Origin: Thermodesulfobacteriota bacterium
GTDB lineage: Bacteria; Desulfobacterota; Desulfobacteria; Desulfobacterales; Desulfosudaceae
Assembly (NCBI GenBank): GCA_034189195.1
Contig: JAXHVI010000227.1
Location: 104-64,103 of the forward strand
Direction of reading: 5' to 3'
Length of the DNA: 64,000 nucleotides
The notes below the pieces were generated by a model. The model ran no database searches. It saw only the letters and a program-made list of their open reading frames with translations, and was not told where the DNA came from. A program made the position numbers and the translations under genes. Below are positions 59,317-64,000 of this stretch, piece after piece. Positions within the stretch are counted from its first letter, which is position 1; every line of letters begins with the position of its first letter.

Positions 59317-60837
59317 ATGACCATACCAAACAGAAAAAAGCGGGATTTGCGTGCGGGACGCATGCGGTTTGTGCCCTGGCTGCTCGTGTTTATTTCCTTG
59401 CTCGCGGGCGGCTGCGCCATGGTGGGGCCGGATTATGAAAAGGTCCGACCCGAGGTCGGCAAAAACTGGACCGCGCAAATGGAGAAGGGCCTGGGGGCCT
59501 CCAGGCCGGACCGGGACGTTCTGGCCGAGTGGTGGAGGGTGCTGGATGATCCGGTGCTCACGGCGTTGGAAGAAAAAGCGGTCCAGGGAAATCTGGACCT
59601 GCAGACCTCCCTTTCCCGTCTGCGGCAGGCAAGGCTCATAAGAGGCATCAGCGAGTCCGGCCTCTATCCCACGCTGAATGCCTCGGGTGCGGCTCAGAAA
59701 CAACGAGGCAGCGAATCCCTGCAGACGGGAGCCGGCGGAGAGGAAGAGGAGTACTACCTGGCCCGGTTTGATTCCTCCTGGGAACTGGACCTGTTCGGCG
59801 GGATCAGGCGCTCGATCGAGGCCGCCGGGGCCGAGATCGAGGCCGGCCGGGCCGATGTAAGGGATGTCCTGGTCAGCCTGATGGCGGAAGTAGCCGTAAA
59901 TTACATAGAGGTACGGACCTATCAGCAAAGACTGGATATCACCCGGGCCAACATAAGAACCCAGGAAAAGACCTATGCATTGAACAAGTCCAGGTATGAA
60001 GCCGGTCTGATTGACGAGTTGGCCGAGCAGCAGTCCCTTCGGAACCTGGAAGCCACCCGGGCCCAGATTCCCAGGCTGAAAAGCGGCCTGCGGGCGGCCA
60101 AGAACCGCCTGGCCGTTCTTTTGGGCCAGGCGCCCGGTTCGATAGATGAACTGCTTGCCGGGGACAAAGCAATTCCCCAGGTTCCGCCCAGTGTAGCCGT
60201 GGGGATCCCGGCCGAGGCCATGCGCCGGCGGCCGGACATCCGCAGGGCCGAAAGGCAGCTTGCGGCCCAGACCGCCAGGATCGGCGTGGCCACGGCCGAG
60301 CTCTATCCCAAGTTTCGTTTATCGGGCACCATCGGGCTGGAGGCCCTTGAGAGCAATTTCCTCGACGCCCAGAGCCGGTTCTGGGGCATTGGACCCGGCG
60401 TGTCATGGAATATCTTCCGGGGCGGCGCCCTGCGGCTGAATATTGACCTGCAAACGGAAAGACAAAAAGAAGCCCTGCTTTTCTATAAGTCCACCATCTT
60501 GCAGTCCCTGCAGGAAGTAGAAAACGCGCTGACCGCCTATGCCAAGGAGCAGCTCCGTGAAGAATCCCTGGAAAAGGCGGTCACCGCCGCCAGGCGGACC
60601 GAATTTCTGGCAAGAGACCGCTACAATACAGGGCTGACGGATTTCTACAACGTCCTGGAGGCCCAGAGAGCCCTGCTTGAACTGGAGGATCAGTTAACCC
60701 TGTCCAGGGCGGAAGTGGCCTCGAACCTGGCCCGCCTTTACAAAGCCCTGGGCGGTGGCTGGGAGTATTATGGAAATCTTTTAGGGCAGGCGCAGCAGCC
60801 CGAGGCGACAGGGAACGTACAAAAATGGGAATGGTGA
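59317..60837 (+). CDS. RND outer-membrane lipoprotein (NodT/OprM family)
   Basis: Lipobox LAGGC, VGPDY, SWELDLFG, RRPDIRRAE, LYKALGGGW; start uncertain (59317 or 59362). Confidence 0.92.
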   Translation: MTIPNRKKRDLRAGRMRFVPWLLVFISLLAGGCAMVGPDYEKVRPEVGKNWTAQMEKGLGASRPDRDVLAEWWRVLDDPVLTALEEKAVQGNLDLQTSLSRLRQARLIRGISESGLYPTLNASGAAQKQRGSESLQTGAGGEEEEYYLARFDSSWELDLFGGIRRSIEAAGAEIEAGRADVRDVLVSLMAEVAVNYIEVRTYQQRLDITRANIRTQEKTYALNKSRYEAGLIDELAEQQSLRNLEATRAQIPRLKSGLRAAKNRLAVLLGQAPGSIDELLAGDKAIPQVPPSVAVGIPAEAMRRRPDIRRAERQLAAQTARIGVATAELYPKFRLSGTIGLEALESNFLDAQSRFWGIGPGVSWNIFRGGALRLNIDLQTERQKEALLFYKSTILQSLQEVENALTAYAKEQLREESLEKAVTAARRTEFLARDRYNTGLTDFYNVLEAQRALLELEDQLTLSRAEVASNLARLYKALGGGWEYYGNLLGQAQQPEATGNVQKWEW

Positions 60838-60984
60838 AAAGTATCACCGGGCCGCGCAGTGCCTGAGAAGGATATGGCGGTCCAGGGGGGCAAGGTCTCT
60901 GTCTTTCCCTGCGATCCTGTTGCGTCAATGTGTTGAAATTTCTCTTTTCTTGGAGCGGCCGAAAGCCTGCAGGAGACTGTTAAA

Positions 60985-61551
60985 ATGAGAAGAATATCTG
61001 TGAAGCCCATTGCCGTGCTGACAATCCTTTTTCTCCCGTCCTTCTGTTTTGGCGCCGATGTCGGGGTGAGATCGGCCCAGGTGATGGGAGGATATGTGAT
61101 CTCTCCCGTTTTCAAGATCAGCAGCCGGCTTGACCTGAACTATGTCATGACCAATGTCCGTGTTGAATGGATGAGGTTTGCCAAGAACTTCCGGATGCTG
61201 GCCGAGGCGACCTATTCCGAAATCACCACCGGGTCCAGCGGCTATCTGGTCGGCGGCACCTTGCTCTTGCGCTATGATTTTGAGCCGATAGGGAAGCTCA
61301 TGCCCTATGCCCAGGCAGGTGCCGGTATTTTATACACCGACCTGTACAAGGATTACTCGCAAAACCTTGTTGGAAATGAAATTGAATTCAACCCGCAGGC
61401 CAGTCTCGGTTTTCGTTATGCAATCCACACAAAATTATCACTCGATGTTGAAGGCATGTTCCATCATGTTTCAAATGCGGGGCTTGGAGACAGAAACACC
61501 GGTGTAAATGGAGTGGGTTGTTTGCTGGGGATGACGTATTATTGGGAGTAG
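60985..61551 (+). CDS. PagL-like lipid A 3-O-deacylase / acyloxyacyl hydrolase
   Basis: Signal peptide, small beta barrel, PYAQAGAG, FHHVSNAGL..RNTGVN (HxSN catalytic motif). Confidence 0.75.
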   Translation: MRRISVKPIAVLTILFLPSFCFGADVGVRSAQVMGGYVISPVFKISSRLDLNYVMTNVRVEWMRFAKNFRMLAEATYSEITTGSSGYLVGGTLLLRYDFEPIGKLMPYAQAGAGILYTDLYKDYSQNLVGNEIEFNPQASLGFRYAIHTKLSLDVEGMFHHVSNAGLGDRNTGVNGVGCLLGMTYYWE

Positions 61552-61622
61552 ACTGCTTACCGGAATTGGACGGTGATGCGTGATTGCCGACCCCGATACC
61601 GATTGCGATTACAAGGGAGGGG

Positions 61623-63566
61623 TCATACCTTGTACCGGCTGACCATGGTGGTGAGCTCTTCGGCAATGGCGGCCAGTTCAGCGGCCCGGCGGTCGATGTC
61701 CCCGCTTTTTTGAAAAATGATCTTTGACCGGTCGTCCAGGGTCCTGATCTCCCTGGCCATGCCGCTCAGCCTGGCCGTACTCTGGGATATCCGCCGGTGA
61801 ACGTCCTGAATGCCTTCGGATGCCTGCATGATGTTGGCGGCGATCTCCCGGGTGGAGGTGGACTGCTGTTCCAGAGCCGCTGCAGTATTGGACACAACCT
61901 CGTCAATGGCCCGAATGATGTCCGCGATTTTATCAATGGACTCGATGGTGGACCGGGAGGAGGTCTGAATGCCCAGAACCCGGTCGTGAATGCTTTTCGT
62001 GGCCGTGTCGGTTTCACCGGCCAGGATCTTGATCTCTCCGGCCACCACGGCAAACCCCTTGCCCTGATCCCCGGCCCTTGCCGCCTCAATGGTGGCATTG
62101 AGCGCCAGCAGGTTGGTCTGGCCGGAAATGCGGGCAATGGTATCGGTGATGCCGCCGATGGTCTCCATCGCATCACCCAGGTCTTTCACGCTCTGGTGCA
62201 CCGTCTGGGTGTAGGAGACCGCCTGGTTGGTGCGTTTCATGGAGACCCCGGAACTCTGGGCGATCTGGTCGATGGTGGCGGTCATCTGCTCGGTGGCCGA
62301 GGCCATGGTGTCCAGGTTGTGGGCATACTGCTCCATGGTGGTGGCCACCGAGGCCATGTTCATGTTCACGTCATCGGTGGAGGCCACCACGGTTTTCGAC
62401 AGATCTTTCAACGACCCGGCGGTGTGGGTCATTTCACCTGAAAATTCCTGAAGCGCACGGGCCGCCTCGCCCACCCGGGTCGCCTTTTTGGTAATGGTGG
62501 TGATCATCTGGCCCAGCTTTTCCACGAACCGGTTAAACCACATGGCCAGCCCGGCGATTTCATCCTCCCCCTTTACCGTCAGCCGCTGGGTCAGGTCCCC
62601 CTTGCCCTCCACGATGTTTTTCAGGTTGTCGGTAAGGCGGTTAATTGTTTTCACCATCATGCCGGTGATCACCCAGGCCATGAGGGAGACCAGGAAAATG
62701 GCGGCAAGGCCGAGCAGCACCGAATAAAAAATCAGCCGGGGCAGGTCCGTGAACAACGCCTTTAACGGCACGGAGAGGCCCACCACACACCAGCCGTCCA
62801 GGCAGGGCCGCACCACCGACAGGTACCGGGTGCCGGCGGCATTCTTGTGAAACAGGGACTCGCTCTCTTTTACGCCGGTTTTTTTGGCCAGAAAAACCGC
62901 TGTGGCCACGTCCTCACCCGAACGGGCCAGGGTCTTGCCGGCGGCATCGGCCAGAAACACGTGGCTGGTGCGCAGCGGCACAAAGGAGGCCACGCAGGAA
63001 TCAAACAACCGGTTGATATCCACATACCCGCCCACCACGCCATCGGTTTCCCTGCCGGAAGGATCCACCAGCCGGACCGGGGCCGCCACCAGAAAAACCG
63101 GGGTCATGCTGGGCGGAATCCGTTCCACCGACCCGACAAACACGGTCCGGCGGCCGTCCGGGCCAGGCGCCATGTCAAAGGTTTCAAAGGGCGGCAGCAC
63201 CACCTGTTCGGGAATGGCTTCTCCAACCGCCGTCACCAGGCCGCCGCCGGGATCGGACAGAAAAAGGGCGAAAAACGTGGGGGCCGCTGCATGGGCCAGA
63301 TCCAGCACGGCCGCACCGTCGGACTGGCGGACCGGGCGACTGCTCAACACGGAAATGGCGTTCCGGGCCTCGCTGATGCGGGTGTCCAGACCGTCTGCCA
63401 TGCCGACCAGGGCGGTCTCCATGTTCTCCCGCTGAAAATTGATCATGTTGGAAAGAATAAAGATATAAGCAAGAATGGTCACCAGCACCACGGCGCCCAC
63501 CACAACGGGCAGCACCAGGGCCATCACCCGGTTTCGATAGCTTTTTGTTATAAAACCAAGTGCCAT
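61623..63566 (-). CDS. Methyl-accepting chemotaxis protein
   Basis: Two TMs, Cache-like sensor, HAMP (GDLTQRL..DEI), ISGQTNLLALNATIEAARAGDQGKGFAVVAGEIK. Confidence 0.93.
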   Translation of the reverse strand: MALGFITKSYRNRVMALVLPVVVGAVVLVTILAYIFILSNMINFQRENMETALVGMADGLDTRISEARNAISVLSSRPVRQSDGAAVLDLAHAAAPTFFALFLSDPGGGLVTAVGEAIPEQVVLPPFETFDMAPGPDGRRTVFVGSVERIPPSMTPVFLVAAPVRLVDPSGRETDGVVGGYVDINRLFDSCVASFVPLRTSHVFLADAAGKTLARSGEDVATAVFLAKKTGVKESESLFHKNAAGTRYLSVVRPCLDGWCVVGLSVPLKALFTDLPRLIFYSVLLGLAAIFLVSLMAWVITGMMVKTINRLTDNLKNIVEGKGDLTQRLTVKGEDEIAGLAMWFNRFVEKLGQMITTITKKATRVGEAARALQEFSGEMTHTAGSLKDLSKTVVASTDDVNMNMASVATTMEQYAHNLDTMASATEQMTATIDQIAQSSGVSMKRTNQAVSYTQTVHQSVKDLGDAMETIGGITDTIARISGQTNLLALNATIEAARAGDQGKGFAVVAGEIKILAGETDTATKSIHDRVLGIQTSSRSTIESIDKIADIIRAIDEVVSNTAAALEQQSTSTREIAANIMQASEGIQDVHRRISQSTARLSGMAREIRTLDDRSKIIFQKSGDIDRRAAELAAIAEELTTMVSRYKV

Positions 63567-63696
63567 GCGTGTCTCCCCCCACAGGAACGGTTATGAATAT
63601 GTCGGCTCCCGATATACACGACAGGGGTACGGCCTGTTACCGTACCCCCATCATATCCTGTGTATGGCGCCCGCATGCGACCGGTTTACCGGCGTG

Positions 63697-64000
63697 CTAC
63701 AGAAGCTGGCGTATGAAACTGAGCTTCTTCATGGGCAGATAGCCCAGCAGGGCCTGAATATGGCCCGCGTCCCGGAACCGCTTTTCCTGGCCGAAGTCTT
63801 TCATATAGCCCACCCCGCCCATGGCCTGAATGCCGTCGGTCACCACCGGGGCCAGGGCCGAAATCACGTGCAGAGCAGCGGCCTGGACGGAAAGCCGCCA
63901 GTTCTTTTCATCGTTTTCCAGGGCCCGGCAGGCCCGGGACACAAGCATCTCGGCTACATGGACCTGAACGGCCATGGAAGAGAGCAGCATCTGAAGCTCG
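63697..64000 (-). CDS. Acyl-CoA dehydrogenase family protein, C-terminal part (runs off the window)
   Basis: VTDGIQAMGGVGYMKDFGQEKRFRDA. Confidence 0.85.
   Translation of the reverse strand, partial: ELQMLLSSMAVQVHVAEMLVSRACRALENDEKNWRLSVQAAALHVISALAPVVTDGIQAMGGVGYMKDFGQEKRFRDAGHIQALLGYLPMKKLSFIRQLL

Noticed and set aside
59260-59350. Short repeated AAAAGCGGGAT words at the RND/OMF junction
   Set aside because: Only 2-3 short imperfect copies without regular spacers; not a CRISPR array or a recognisable element.
1-64000. CRISPR arrays, tRNA/rRNA genes, transposases or integrases
   Set aside because: None recognised by eye; island boundaries are inferred only from gene remnants.

Overview
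GC-rich bacterial DNA, probably from a sulfate-reducing Desulfobacterales-like deltaproteobacterium (inferred from gene content only). (1) 0.5-10.9 kb: a 3184-aa Tc toxin subunit A (TcA)-like gene with an unusual N-terminus of three peptidoglycan-binding repeats, no TcB/TcC in the window, followed by a Phd/YefM antitoxin-like ORF and a WYL-regulator remnant. (2) 10.9-54.2 kb: a cobalamin island with four cobalamin riboswitches, each followed by an intrinsic terminator. Leftward units are cbiK(periplasmic)-radical SAM-cbiK(cytoplasmic); a TonB receptor plus decayed cobN; and a ~22-kb operon joining a TtpB/TtpC-type TonB system, an atypical CcsA/ResB pair, an ABC importer, CobN-ChlD-ChlI, a second TonB receptor, an ABC-2 exporter and CbiZ. 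The rightward unit is btuCDF-like genes plus anaerobic cbiL-A-C-D-ET-F-G-H, ending in collapsed cbiP/cbiB remnants. (3) 54.3-64 kb: TetR-RND efflux-PagL-like module, a chemoreceptor and the 3' end of an acyl-CoA dehydrogenase. Best candidates for undescribed biology are the B12-repressed tetrapyrrole uptake/handling operon with its cytochrome-less CcsA/ResB pair, and the peptidoglycan-binding TcA. All calls come from motif recognition by eye; no database searches were run.
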